A DNA stretch of 64,000 bases from Candidatus Kaiserbacteria bacterium. GTDB taxonomy: Bacteria; Patescibacteriota; Minisyncoccia; Phycocordibacterales; Phycocordibacteraceae. Location of the stretch: contig CAWEXP010000004.1 in the NCBI GenBank assembly GCA_963813065.1, positions 7,267 to 71,266 on the forward strand, written 5' to 3'. Shown one piece after another: positions 26,939-35,516 of this stretch (within the stretch, counting starts at the first letter, position 1; every line of letters starts with the position of its first letter). A program made the position numbers and the translations under genes. The notes under the pieces were generated by a model, which saw nothing but the letters and a program-made list of their open reading frames with translations, did not search any database and was not told the DNA's origin.

Positions 26939-28143
26939 GCGGAGTCGAGGTATGCACGGACATTCTCCGCGATGGTGCGGATAGTTTTTTCGAACTGTGC
27001 ATCATCTTGCTCGAGAAGCGTGAGCCGGAATCCGTAACGGTCGGAGTTGAAGCCGGAGGAGAGCGCGACGACGCAGATGCCGGTCTTTGCGAGGAGCTGG
27101 TACGCGAATCGCTGGTCGAGCTGGACGCCGTCGAGATACGGCGCGATGACTGCCCTCGCCTGCTCCGAAATGTTAAGTGACTGCTCTTTTTTTAAAACGC
27201 CATCACGGAAAACGACGGTCAGATAGAACGCGCCGTGCGCTGGGTGCAAAATAATTTCTGGAATCGCGGAGAAAATCTCGCACGCGAGTTTGCTCTTGCG
27301 GTCGTAGCTCGCCGTGCGCTCCGCGAGATACGGCAAGTAGCGCGCGTCGCTCATCACCTCGGGCAGGACTTTCTGCGGGAGCGTCGTCGAGCAGACCTCG
27401 AGCATCTTCGAATCAATCAGTGAGCGTGTGTAGCGGTCGAAGTTGCGGTCGGCAGAGCGATTGTAGAACTCGGCCCAGCCACAGCGGCTCCCGGGCCAGG
27501 GGAACTCCTTCGAGATGCCGCGTAGCGCAATCCCCGGCACCTCGCCGATGACCGAAGCGAGCTTCTTCATCATCGCGCCGTCGTAGGCAAGGTTGGAATA
27601 AATTTCATCCGAGATAATAAAAAGTTTGTAGCGACGCGCGATATCCACCATCTGCGCGAGCGTTTCCTGCGGATAGACGAAGCCCGTCGGATTGTCGGGA
27701 TTAATAATCAAAATGCCCGCAATCGAAGGATTATTCTGTATCTGTTCTTCGAGGTTCGCCACATCTGGTGCCCAACCCTTCTCTGGGTCGAGCCGGTAGG
27801 TCAGCGCGGGCGCATCGGCGTGCGCCGCCTCGGCCGAAGAATGTGTCGGGTATGCGGGGTTCGGCCCAATGACGCGCGCACCGGCGTTGAGGTTGGTATA
27901 GAGTTTCGAAATTGCGTCGCCGAGACCATTGAAAAATAAAATATCGTCGGCCGTAATCTGGATGCCGCCCTCGAGATTGCGCTCCTGCGCGATGTACGCG
28001 CGCGTGGCGTCGAGGCCGGCCGTCGGCGAGTAGGCGTAGGTCGCGGGGTCAGCCGCCGCTCTCTGCACAATCTCGCGTATCCACAGCGGCGGTGCGAAGC
28101 CCTTCGCGACCGGGTCGCCAATATTCTCCCAAACAATGGGCAT
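26932..28143 (-). CDS. PLP-dependent aminotransferase, class I/II.
   Basis: 403 aa. SKEFPWPGSRCGW Schiff-base lysine region. NPDNPTG motif. Confidence 0.8.
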   Translation of the reverse strand: MPIVWENIGDPVAKGFAPPLWIREIVQRAAADPATYAYSPTAGLDATRAYIAQERNLEGGIQITADDILFFNGLGDAISKLYTNLNAGARVIGPNPAYPTHSSAEAAHADAPALTYRLDPEKGWAPDVANLEEQIQNNPSIAGILIINPDNPTGFVYPQETLAQMVDIARRYKLFIISDEIYSNLAYDGAMMKKLASVIGEVPGIALRGISKEFPWPGSRCGWAEFYNRSADRNFDRYTRSLIDSKMLEVCSTTLPQKVLPEVMSDARYLPYLAERTASYDRKSKLACEIFSAIPEIILHPAHGAFYLTVVFRDGVLKKEQSLNISEQARAVIAPYLDGVQLDQRFAYQLLAKTGICVVALSSGFNSDRYGFRLTLLEQDDAQFEKTIRTIAENVRAYLDSAV

Positions 28144-28256
28144 GCCGAGTTTCTCGATCTCTTCGCGAGCGCGACTATCGCGCGAATCTCATAATGCAAT
28201 TGGTCCGCGCCGGGGTGTACGAGATTGGTCCGCATGAGCCTCATATACTACCGTAC

Positions 28257-28439
28257 TTAAAAATACTCCCCACCTTTGACATCGAAGGTGCGCTGGTCGA
28301 ACGAGACGACCATGTACCAGCCCCAGCAAATTTTTTCATTTTTTGCGCCGATGAAATCGAACCAATATTCGGGAACTTCTCGAAGTATTCGACCCAGAGT
28401 TACCGGCTCCTCGTCCGCCGGGTCGAACCTCATCATCAT
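28257..28439 (-). CDS. Small hypothetical ORF (60 aa).
   Basis: ORF only. Confidence 0.2.
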   Translation of the reverse strand: MMMRFDPADEEPVTLGRILREVPEYWFDFIGAKNEKICWGWYMVVSFDQRTFDVKGGEYF

Positions 28440-28441
28440 TT

Positions 28442-28796
28442 TTATCGGTGACGTTCCACCGCGACACTGTAGTGATCGCCGTCCTCGAAGGCACCACTAA
28501 AGATGACGGGCAGTTTTTCTTTCTGCAGAAAATAACGCAGGTCGTCGACCGTGCCGCCCGACTTGGCGAAGACGTGGCCGCCAATCTGCTTGACCGCGTG
28601 GATGAGCCCCTCGTGCTCGGTGCCGATCTCCATCGTCGCGTCGGCGAGTTGCGCGAGCTGGGCCTCGGAAAAATTCTTTGCCGAAATAGGAGAGGAGAAT
28701 CTTGAGTGACGCCGGGCCGCAAAAACCGGCACTCTGGGTGAAGTGCTGTACGGCGACGCCCGCAGGCGCTATGAGTTTGTTCCCGTCGAATGGCAT
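28442..28796 (-). pseudogene. C39-like (papain-fold) peptidase gene split by a frameshift in an A5 run.
   Basis: VQHFTQSAGFCGPASLKILLSYFGKEF is a C39 Cys motif. It continues in another frame as SEAQLAQLADATMEIGTEHEGLIHAVKQIGGHVFA... Confidence 0.4.
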
Positions 28797-28798
28797 GT

Positions 28799-28869
28799 GG
28801 ACCTAGGGAGAATCGAACTCCCGCCTCGTCAATGCGAATGACGCGTAATACCACTTTACTATAGGCCCG
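28799..28869 (-). tRNA. tRNA-Ala (anticodon CGC).
   Basis: Manual cloverleaf. Acceptor GGGCCTA/TAGGTCC with G3:U70. Anticodon loop TTCGCAT. TGGTATAAC -10-like box 10 nt upstream. Confidence 0.75.
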
Positions 28870-28906
28870 TATAGGTTGTTATACCACGAACGGAAATTAT
28901 TTTCAT

Positions 28907-28921
28907 CGGGCCGCCGGGAAC
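28907..28921 (-). repeat. tRNA-Pro 3'-end remnant (tcgggccgccgggaa).
   Basis: 15 nt identical to the 3' acceptor/T-stem of tRNA-Pro(GGG) at 29085-29099. Sits in the 215 bp intergenic stretch between tRNA genes. Confidence 0.5.
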
Positions 28922-29085
28922 CGCGAGTACGCATTCTTCCGCGACTCTCGCCTCGCCGCCGCTCGGCTCGGTCGTGTCCGCGCCTCGGCATCGCGCACTG
29001 CTGTGCGTGATAGGCCTGCGGCTTTCGATTCCCAACGTTCAGCGCGCAGGCGCTGAACTGCGGCCCTCACTCCGCCTTGCTTCGT

Positions 29086-29156
29086 TCGGGCCGCCGGGAA
29101 TCGAACCCGGTCTGCATGACCCCCAGCCATGCGTACTACCAGCATACGCCGGCCCG
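29086..29156 (-). tRNA. tRNA-Pro (anticodon GGG).
   Basis: Manual cloverleaf. Acceptor CGGGCCG/CGGCCCG. Anticodon loop CTGGGGG. T loop TTCGATT. Confidence 0.75.
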
Positions 29157-29170
29157 TCTTCTTGAGCGTA

Positions 29171-29620
29171 TCAGTTGAGTAGGATGATGCCAAGGTTGAG
29201 CGTTGCGGCATACGAGACCCAGAGCAGATATGGCAGGAGGAGCCATGCCGCGGTGCGCGACTGGCGTGCAAAGAGAAACACGAGCCAGAGAATGAGCATC
29301 CAGAGCAAGACGATAATCGCAAATGCAAATCGCGACGCGTGGAGCCCGAAAAAAATAATCGACCAGAGAGCGTTCAGCACGAGCTGTAGGAAAAATATTT
29401 TAATCACAAACGCACGACCCGACCGCCGAGCACGCCACACGAGGAGCGCGGCGATGCCCATCAGGAGATACAGCGTCGTCCATACCGGCGCAAAGACCCA
29501 CGCGGGCGGCGTCCACGAGGGTTGTACGAGATGCGCGTACCACGTTGTGATCTGCGAGGTCGTGAAGAGTGAACCGATGGCTCCGGCAATAAAAGGAGAA
29601 ACGAAACAAAGCGTCGGCAT
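29171..29620 (-). CDS. tspO: TspO/MBR tryptophan-rich sensory protein.
   Basis: PSWTPPAWVFAPVWTTLYLLMG and five TM helices. Confidence 0.8.
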   Translation of the reverse strand: MPTLCFVSPFIAGAIGSLFTTSQITTWYAHLVQPSWTPPAWVFAPVWTTLYLLMGIAALLVWRARRSGRAFVIKIFFLQLVLNALWSIIFFGLHASRFAFAIIVLLWMLILWLVFLFARQSRTAAWLLLPYLLWVSYAATLNLGIILLN

Positions 29621-29682
29621 ACACCAGCGAGGCATAGATGTATGGTAGCACTCGCGCTTCTCCTCTTCCGAGCTGTCCTCTG

Positions 29683-29753
29683 TCGGGCCGCCGAGAATTG
29701 AACTCGGTCCTTACGCACCCGAAGCGCATGTACTACCGGCATACTCCGGCCCG
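29683..29753 (-). tRNA. tRNA-Pro (anticodon CGG).
   Basis: Manual cloverleaf. Acceptor CGGGCCG/CGGCCCG. Anticodon loop TTCGGGT. Confidence 0.75.
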
Positions 29754-29777
29754 ACACAAGACATCTCTATCGCACAG

Positions 29778-29851
29778 GTGGGCGGTACAGGATTCGGACC
29801 TGTGACCTTACGCGTGTGAAGCGTACGCTCTAACCAACTGAGCTAACCGCC
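29778..29851 (-). tRNA. tRNA-Val (anticodon CAC).
   Basis: Manual cloverleaf. Acceptor GGGCGGT/ACCGCCC. Anticodon stem-loop TACGC-TTCACAC-GCGTA. T loop TCCGAAT. Confidence 0.8.
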
Positions 29852-29928
29852 CTAAACCAAGCTTCGCTTGGTCGGGCGAACGCCGCATGGCGGCGTTATA
29901 GCCCTCGCACACCATACCAGACCCGAGC

Positions 29929-30888
29929 CTAGATGCCCAGATTCGCGATTGCTGTTTTCACTTCGTTGATCGGGAGCGAGAAGCCGATATTCTCCGAACC
30001 TTGCACCGTCGCGACGTTCACGCCGATGGCCTCACCATTGAGCGTGACCAACGGGCCGCCCGAGTTGCCGGGATTGATGGCCGCGTCGGTCTGGATGACG
30101 CCGTTGAGGGTCTCGGAGGCGCCGGTCTCGGCATCGGCGGCTGTGATGCTCCGATTCAGTCCCGAGATGACACCGGTGGAGACCGAATTATTATATTGTC
30201 CAAGCGCATTCCCCACCGCGAAAACCGACTCACCGAGCGAGAGTGTCGAGGAATCGCCGAGTGGAAGCGTCGGGTAGCCACTGCCCGCGATTTTCACCAC
30301 CGCGAGATCGTTGGTCGACGATCGCCAGACGACAGTGCCGGTCGCCTGTTTGCCGCTCGCGAGGAGGACGGTGTAGGTCGCGTCGGCGTCGGGCACGACG
30401 TGCTTGTTGGTCAAGATGTATCCCGAAGAGCGGATGATGAAACCGGTGCCCGCCGCGACTTGCTGAGTCGTCGTCCCCACTTGCTGATACACCGGCACCT
30501 GCATGCCGAATCCACCGAAGAACGGATCGTTGCCAAAAGGATTCTCGTAGGTGACCTGCAATTGCGGCACGACTTTGCTCTCGACAATCGAAACGACTGC
30601 GGGTGCCGCGGCCGCAACGGCATTCTGGAGACTCTGGTCCTCGGATTTATTGACGATGGTTTGGCGATGTTGGAGCTCGCTGATGTTCGCCGCCGCTTGT
30701 GCCGCGGTGGTGCTCGCCGTGGTGGCAAGTGTCGCGAAACGCACGTTCAATTCTTCAAGCGACGTCTTGAGATTCGAAACGGAGGCGTTGAGCGATTCAA
30801 CGCGTTGGTATTCAATCAAACTAACGACGGCAATAATCAACACGGCACACAACGTCGCGAGCCACACTTGTTTATTGAGGCCTTTCAT
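29929..30888 (-). CDS. Trypsin-like serine protease (S1C DegP/HtrA family, no obvious PDZ), N-terminal TM anchor.
   Basis: TNKHVV (His), NDLAVVKI (Asp), GNSGGPL (Ser) catalytic triad motifs. Start chosen at MKGLNKQVW. Confidence 0.8.
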   Translation of the reverse strand: MKGLNKQVWLATLCAVLIIAVVSLIEYQRVESLNASVSNLKTSLEELNVRFATLATTASTTAAQAAANISELQHRQTIVNKSEDQSLQNAVAAAAPAVVSIVESKVVPQLQVTYENPFGNDPFFGGFGMQVPVYQQVGTTTQQVAAGTGFIIRSSGYILTNKHVVPDADATYTVLLASGKQATGTVVWRSSTNDLAVVKIAGSGYPTLPLGDSSTLSLGESVFAVGNALGQYNNSVSTGVISGLNRSITAADAETGASETLNGVIQTDAAINPGNSGGPLVTLNGEAIGVNVATVQGSENIGFSLPINEVKTAIANLGI

Positions 30889-30927
30889 ACGTTCTAGTAT
30901 ACGCGACCAGGGCACGGGTTGTTTTGG

Positions 30928-30960
30928 ATAGAAAAAGCCCCGGCAATTAAGCCGGGGCAA
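30928..30960 (-). terminator. Rho-independent terminator after the flotillin gene (gccccggc-ttaatt-gccggggc plus T5).
   Basis: Hairpin at 30937-30958 with a T run on the minus strand. Confidence 0.65.
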
Positions 30961-30975
30961 ACGAACAAAGAACGG

Positions 30976-32976
30976 TTAGGCCGTGGGCGGAGGAGCGACT
31001 GTTGCCAACACGGGAGGCGCTGAGGCTTCAACCACAGGCTTCGGCGTCTCGATGCTCTTATCGGTGACGTTCTTGAGGAACTTCATCGCCAGAGCCTCCA
31101 GTCCGCCACCCTGTCCTGCCACCAAGATTTGTGGCATGAAGGGCTGACTGCTTTCGGCAAGCGCGCGAACGACGTTGATGATGGTCGTTCCTTCATCGCC
31201 AACCGCATCGCGTTGTGCCTTTAAGCCCACTGCCACCGCCAGACCTTGCGCTTCGACTTGGACGGCGCTGGCCTTGCCAACCTTTTCGAGCTTGAACGCC
31301 TCGCCTTCGGCAGACTTTTTCACTGCCTCTGCCAAGTTGGCGGCAATGCTTATGCCGACCTCGGACTTCGCCAGGGCAGCCTGTTGATCAGCCTTGCCGC
31401 GCGACTGTTCGAGCGTGAGACGTTCAGTCTGTGCCCTTTCTTCGGCCTTGTAGGTCTCTTGTTGCTGAGTCGCCACTTCGCGAGCCTGCAACACATCAAC
31501 GATCGCCTTGGGCAAGACGACGTCCTGGATGTAGACGCCGCGCGTTTCGACTCGATAGTCAGCAAGTTTTGCCTTGATATGTTGTTCGGCATCCTGCTGG
31601 ACCTTCGCACGGTCTTGGATGAACTGGACCGCTGCCATGCTTTGCAACTTGTCACGGAAGTGGTTGCCCACCGCCGCCTGCAGAACCTCGTTGACGAGGT
31701 TATACATGGTACCTACCATCGAGATTACTTTCGGCGCTTCGGTGTCCGGCACGTGGATCTGCACCTGCAGATCGATGCTGAACTCGAACCCTTCCTTCGA
31801 CTTCGCGTCGATGGCCTTGAGTTCTTTGTCGAGATTGTGCGCCTTCGAGTCCGCCTCGGCCCAGTTGAGGGTCAAGATGGCCGTCGGTACTTTCTCGACA
31901 TTGTAACAACGCGGATTGATGGCGTATTTGCCGGTGCGAAGCGATTCGCGCCATACGCCACGATGTCCAGGACGCACTAGGGAACCGAACTTGAATTCGG
32001 CACCGGAGGTGTCTTCGGTCGCGAGACCGACATAGGCCTTCACCACCGCCACTTCGCCCTGGTTGACGACGAGCATCGGTACCATCTCGACCGAAACCAG
32101 AAATGGATTCAGCGTGTACGCACCGTAGAGGAGCGGATCATGCTGAAGACCGATACGTCCGCCGTTGTCGACGAATTTCTGGAAGTCCTGGTAGTTATTG
32201 TGGAGGACATTCTTGTTAGAAAGAATGGTTTCCACCAGGGTACTGTCGGCCATCGTGGCCTCGGATTCCAACTTAGATATGTCGTCGAAGTCGCCGAGTC
32301 GGTTTGCGATGGCGCCCTTAGGAATCGGCGCGCCGTCGAACGTGGTCACAATGCCGATCATATCGACGATCTGACCATCGCGTTCGTGTTTTGGCTCAAT
32401 GCGTGTCACTTCGAGCTGGTTTTGCTGGAGACCGAACGCATCCGGCGTGAGACCGCCCTTTTGGTATACCTTTGCCTGGATTTCCTCGTCGATCGGCAGA
32501 CCGAAGACCTGATCCCGTGTGATGACGATAAAACCAAGCGGATGGATTGGGGCCACGGTGCCCGGCGGAAGTACCGGACGCTGGAGACCTTTCTGGCCGT
32601 GGTTATCAACGAATGCCTTCAGGTCCTGGAAGTTTCCGAATTCCGGTTTGTAATCAGCCGACTTCGCACCGGTCGGCAACGCATCGCCGACTTGTGAGAT
32701 GACGACACCGATTTGCCCGGCTGGGATCTGGACCCAAGGGTGACGCGTAACCGCATAGAGCGGCCAAAGTTTGAATTGCAGTCCCGGCTTCAAGAGGTCG
32801 GCCTGATAGCCCGCTTCGCCATTGAAGGCGATGGTTCCACTGGTGAGCTTCTTGAAGCTGAACCGCTTTCGAACGAGACCCATCTCAGTCGCCCCGATGT
32901 TGCGGAACGACAGGAATAACGTGAAGAGAACGAGAATCGAGAGTACCAGTACCGGTACTCCAAGTATGATCGACAT
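30976..32976 (-). CDS. Flotillin-like SPFH/band-7 domain protein.
   Basis: 667 aa. N-terminal TM, SPFH core and long EA-rich coiled coil. Start at MSIILGV. Confidence 0.8.
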   Translation of the reverse strand: MSIILGVPVLVLSILVLFTLFLSFRNIGATEMGLVRKRFSFKKLTSGTIAFNGEAGYQADLLKPGLQFKLWPLYAVTRHPWVQIPAGQIGVVISQVGDALPTGAKSADYKPEFGNFQDLKAFVDNHGQKGLQRPVLPPGTVAPIHPLGFIVITRDQVFGLPIDEEIQAKVYQKGGLTPDAFGLQQNQLEVTRIEPKHERDGQIVDMIGIVTTFDGAPIPKGAIANRLGDFDDISKLESEATMADSTLVETILSNKNVLHNNYQDFQKFVDNGGRIGLQHDPLLYGAYTLNPFLVSVEMVPMLVVNQGEVAVVKAYVGLATEDTSGAEFKFGSLVRPGHRGVWRESLRTGKYAINPRCYNVEKVPTAILTLNWAEADSKAHNLDKELKAIDAKSKEGFEFSIDLQVQIHVPDTEAPKVISMVGTMYNLVNEVLQAAVGNHFRDKLQSMAAVQFIQDRAKVQQDAEQHIKAKLADYRVETRGVYIQDVVLPKAIVDVLQAREVATQQQETYKAEERAQTERLTLEQSRGKADQQAALAKSEVGISIAANLAEAVKKSAEGEAFKLEKVGKASAVQVEAQGLAVAVGLKAQRDAVGDEGTTIINVVRALAESSQPFMPQILVAGQGGGLEALAMKFLKNVTDKSIETPKPVVEASAPPVLATVAPPPTA

Positions 32977-33051
32977 GCAGAGTCTCCCTGCTTGTTGACA
33001 AAGAACCTCCTCTTGCGAGGAAGTAGCGAGCACGATGCCCATCTGGAGAGA

Positions 33052-33080
33052 ACCTTAACGCAGACTGGACTCCCTGTCAA
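33052..33080 (-). promoter_or_regulatory. Candidate promoter of the flotillin gene (TTGACA, 17 nt spacer, TAAGGT).
   Basis: Reverse complement of tgtcaa at 33075-33080 and acctta at 33052-33057. GAGGAGG SD further downstream. Confidence 0.3.
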
Positions 33081-33088
33081 AACTTTTG

Positions 33089-33197
33089 TGGACCCTAGCG
33101 GATTTGAACCGCTGACCCCCTCATTGCAAATGAGGTGCTCCCCGCCCGACCGAGCGGCCCTGTGGAGCTCGGCCGTTCGGGCGGGTACCAGCTGAGC
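33089..33197 (-). pseudogene. Partial tRNA-Ala(UGC) copy (D-stem to 3' end, lacks the 5' acceptor strand) carrying a 45 nt GC-rich hairpin in the D-loop.
   Basis: GCTC-AGCTGGTA-[CCCGCCCGA...TCGGGCGGG]-GAGC then CCTCA-TTTGCAA-TGAGG, T arm, AGGGTCCA. It sits 11 nt downstream of the intact tRNA-Ala(UGC). Confidence 0.55.
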
Positions 33198-33208
33198 GAA
33201 CGACTGTG

Positions 33209-33281
33209 TGGACCGTACCAGATTTGAACTGGTGACCTCCTCATTGCAAATGAGGCGCTCTACCAACTGAGCTAACGGCCC
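33209..33281 (-). tRNA. tRNA-Ala (anticodon UGC).
   Basis: Manual cloverleaf. Acceptor GGGCCGT/ACGGTCC with G3:U70. Anticodon loop TTTGCAA. Confidence 0.85.
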
Positions 33282-33520
33282 TGATCTATTTGTTTTGCAA
33301 GGAATCGACGGCCAGCCGCCGTCTTGAAATATAATTCACGATTCCTAGCTTCTTCAAACGTATCAAATTCCTCAATATACACAACTTTGAGTTCTTGCAT
33401 TCGTGAAGTTGTGCGTGTATGTCCACTTCTATGTTCGCGTAGTCTTCTTTCAAGATTATTCGTCATCCCTTTATATAGTTTTCCATTTTTATCTCGAAGA
33501 ACGTAAGAAATGAACTTCAT
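33272..33520 (-). CDS. GIY-YIG nuclease-domain protein (URI/YhbQ-like, 82 aa) in an AT-rich insert. Its ATG overlaps the ddl stop (TAATG).
   Basis: YVLRDKNGKLYKGMTNNLERRLREHRSG is the GIY-YIG motif. Local GC is far below the flanks. The stop overlaps the tRNA-Ala 5' end. Confidence 0.7.
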   Translation of the reverse strand: MKFISYVLRDKNGKLYKGMTNNLERRLREHRSGHTRTTSRMQELKVVYIEEFDTFEEARNRELYFKTAAGRRFLAKQIDQGR

Positions 33521-34449
33521 TATCGTTCTAATGCCAAATTGACCAGATGCCCAAGAAAGTCAGGAAGCGGAACGCCAACCGAGGAGAGCGCGAGCGCCAT
33601 CGGGGAGCCCGCGCCGAGCCGCGGGAGCGGACTGGTCTCGAGATAGTAGACACCCGAGGGTGCGACGACGAAGTCGCTCTCGGAGTAGTGACGCAGGTCG
33701 AGCGAGCGATGCAGGAGCTTGGCGGCTCGCGTGAGCTCTTCGCGCGCGACGCGCGAAAAGTTGCCCGGACAGACGAGTCGCTCCTCCTCGCCCACAAGCG
33801 TAGACTCGACCGAGGGCAAGACGTAGAGTGCTTCGCCACGCAAACCCTCGACCACTGCAACCGAGGCACGCGGACCGCGAATGTATTCTTCGACCAGCAC
33901 GGCCGGTGCTCCCTCGGCAAACAGTTTCTCAATTGCAGAGAGCACGTGTGCATAGCCACCGACGACTGACGCGCCAACCGGCCCCCACCCCACTGGCTTC
34001 ACCACCACGGGCTGGGAGAACGCGCGGATAATTTCGTGGACGTTTCCTTCAATCGCACGCGCGTCGTCGAGATAGCGCGAGGAGGGCGTGAGCAAGCCAG
34101 CTTCCTGCGCACGCGCTTTCGCCATCAGCTTATGCAGAGCGACATGCGCGTTGAAAGCCTCACTGCCGCTGTAGGGCACGCCCGCTCTCTGCAGAATTTT
34201 CTGCACTTCGCCGTCCTCGCCATACTCGCCGTGGAGGGCGATGAGCACGACATCGAGCTGGCGGAGCGCGCGATCGGGCGTCGTGGGGCGACCGCGGTCG
34301 TGCCACGCGCCGCTTTTATCGATATAGATGTCGCGCGTTTGAAAGCGCTCCTCGGGCAGTTTGGAGAGCATCACCGCGCCCGTCGCGAGCGATGCCTCGT
34401 GCTGGCGTGATGGCCCGCCTCGCAGAACGCCGACGACCGTGCCTTGCAT
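33520..34449 (-). CDS. ddl: D-alanine--D-alanine ligase.
   Basis: VGVLRGGPSRQHEASL, LIALHGEYGEDG and ATP-grasp motifs. 309 aa. Confidence 0.9.
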   Translation of the reverse strand: MQGTVVGVLRGGPSRQHEASLATGAVMLSKLPEERFQTRDIYIDKSGAWHDRGRPTTPDRALRQLDVVLIALHGEYGEDGEVQKILQRAGVPYSGSEAFNAHVALHKLMAKARAQEAGLLTPSSRYLDDARAIEGNVHEIIRAFSQPVVVKPVGWGPVGASVVGGYAHVLSAIEKLFAEGAPAVLVEEYIRGPRASVAVVEGLRGEALYVLPSVESTLVGEEERLVCPGNFSRVAREELTRAAKLLHRSLDLRHYSESDFVVAPSGVYYLETSPLPRLGAGSPMALALSSVGVPLPDFLGHLVNLALER

Positions 34450-34453
34450 GAGA

Positions 34454-35101
34454 TTAGTGTACCGCCTCCCCGCGATATACGAAATACGAGTAGATCACGG
34501 GCACCAGTACCGCAACGCCGATTGGTGCAAAAATCCACCAGAGCGCAAACTGTGGCTCGATGAGTCCACCGAGGAAGATGGTGACGCCCGCCGCCTTGAA
34601 GAGGATGCTGGCGAGGTGATGGGTCTTCCGCCAGACCGTATCGCTCGAGATAGTCCACGGCGTGCGAATGCCGACGAACCAGTTGCGCTTGATCTTGATC
34701 AATAAGAAGCCGATGATAAAGATGAGGATGCCGAGCGCCGGCATAATGGCGCTGAGCATATTGACCTGCCAGCCGAGGTTGATGCCGAGCATGAGTGCGT
34801 AGACGTATGCGAGGAAGGAGACGATGAGGAACCAGAGGAAATCGTACACATAGCGGAAACTCTTGAAATGTCGATCGAGCGGATCGATGCGCGGCAGAAG
34901 CGCCCAGACGCCGATAATGAAAAGCATAATGAACGGCAGAAGGAATGTGCCCCAGAACTTTCCCAGCACGCCGTTCGGGTGGCCCGTCGCATTCCAGTGC
35001 GAGATAAGATGCGCGGGGAGCGCAGGATACACGAGCGCGCCGGTGATGAAGCACGCGATAACGATGATGAAAAGTAGGGTGCCGACAAATTTTGGTCTCA
35101 T
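34454..35101 (-). CDS. SdpI/YhfL-family membrane protein.
   Basis: NWFVGIRTPWTISSDTVWRKTHH signature. Start chosen at MRPKFVGTL. Confidence 0.55.
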   Translation of the reverse strand: MRPKFVGTLLFIIVIACFITGALVYPALPAHLISHWNATGHPNGVLGKFWGTFLLPFIMLFIIGVWALLPRIDPLDRHFKSFRYVYDFLWFLIVSFLAYVYALMLGINLGWQVNMLSAIMPALGILIFIIGFLLIKIKRNWFVGIRTPWTISSDTVWRKTHHLASILFKAAGVTIFLGGLIEPQFALWWIFAPIGVAVLVPVIYSYFVYRGEAVH

Positions 35102-35145
35102 CCCACAAGTATACCAATAAAAAAACCGGCGGCGTGGGCCGTCGG

Positions 35146-35469
35146 TTAGTGTGTCGGGGGCAATAAAGGGTCGCGTTTTTCGAGAGGGACGTAGTTCCGC
35201 ACCCCCTCGATGACGGACGCCATGTAGATTGCTCCGCACGCGTCGCAGTAATACTGATGATAGACCGTGAAGTTATCGAGCAAGCTCTGTGGCGTCGGCG
35301 TCGAGCCGAGGACCAACTGATGCGCATTAGGATTGGCCCCACTCGCATGATCGGTGATCGTTGCTTTCCCGCAGTTGCAGGCTAGTTCGGTATCGAAGTT
35401 TTGACAATACTTCGTTCGTGCCGCGACCAGAGCGTGCGTGCACCGGTCGTTTCTCGATTGACCAGACAT
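35146..35469 (-). CDS. Hypothetical Cys-rich protein (107 aa).
   Basis: ORF only. CNCG...CDACG motifs. Confidence 0.3.
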   Translation of the reverse strand: MSGQSRNDRCTHALVAARTKYCQNFDTELACNCGKATITDHASGANPNAHQLVLGSTPTPQSLLDNFTVYHQYYCDACGAIYMASVIEGVRNYVPLEKRDPLLPPTH

Positions 35470-35516
35470 CGCAGGCTCCTATAGACAACTCTGGAGAAAA
35501 TAATAGCTTGCGCTTT

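Noticed and set aside
28990-29085. Possible additional tRNA gene in the spacer before tRNA-Pro(GGG)
   Set aside because: It has T-arm-like and acceptor-like pieces (ggctttcgattccc, ctgcggccc). No consistent cloverleaf could be folded on either strand. Interpreted as tRNA debris.
33141-33185. Hairpin in the partial tRNA-Ala as a self-splicing intron
   Set aside because: 45 nt is far too small for a group I intron and is in the D-loop, not the anticodon loop. Treated as an insertion or scar instead.
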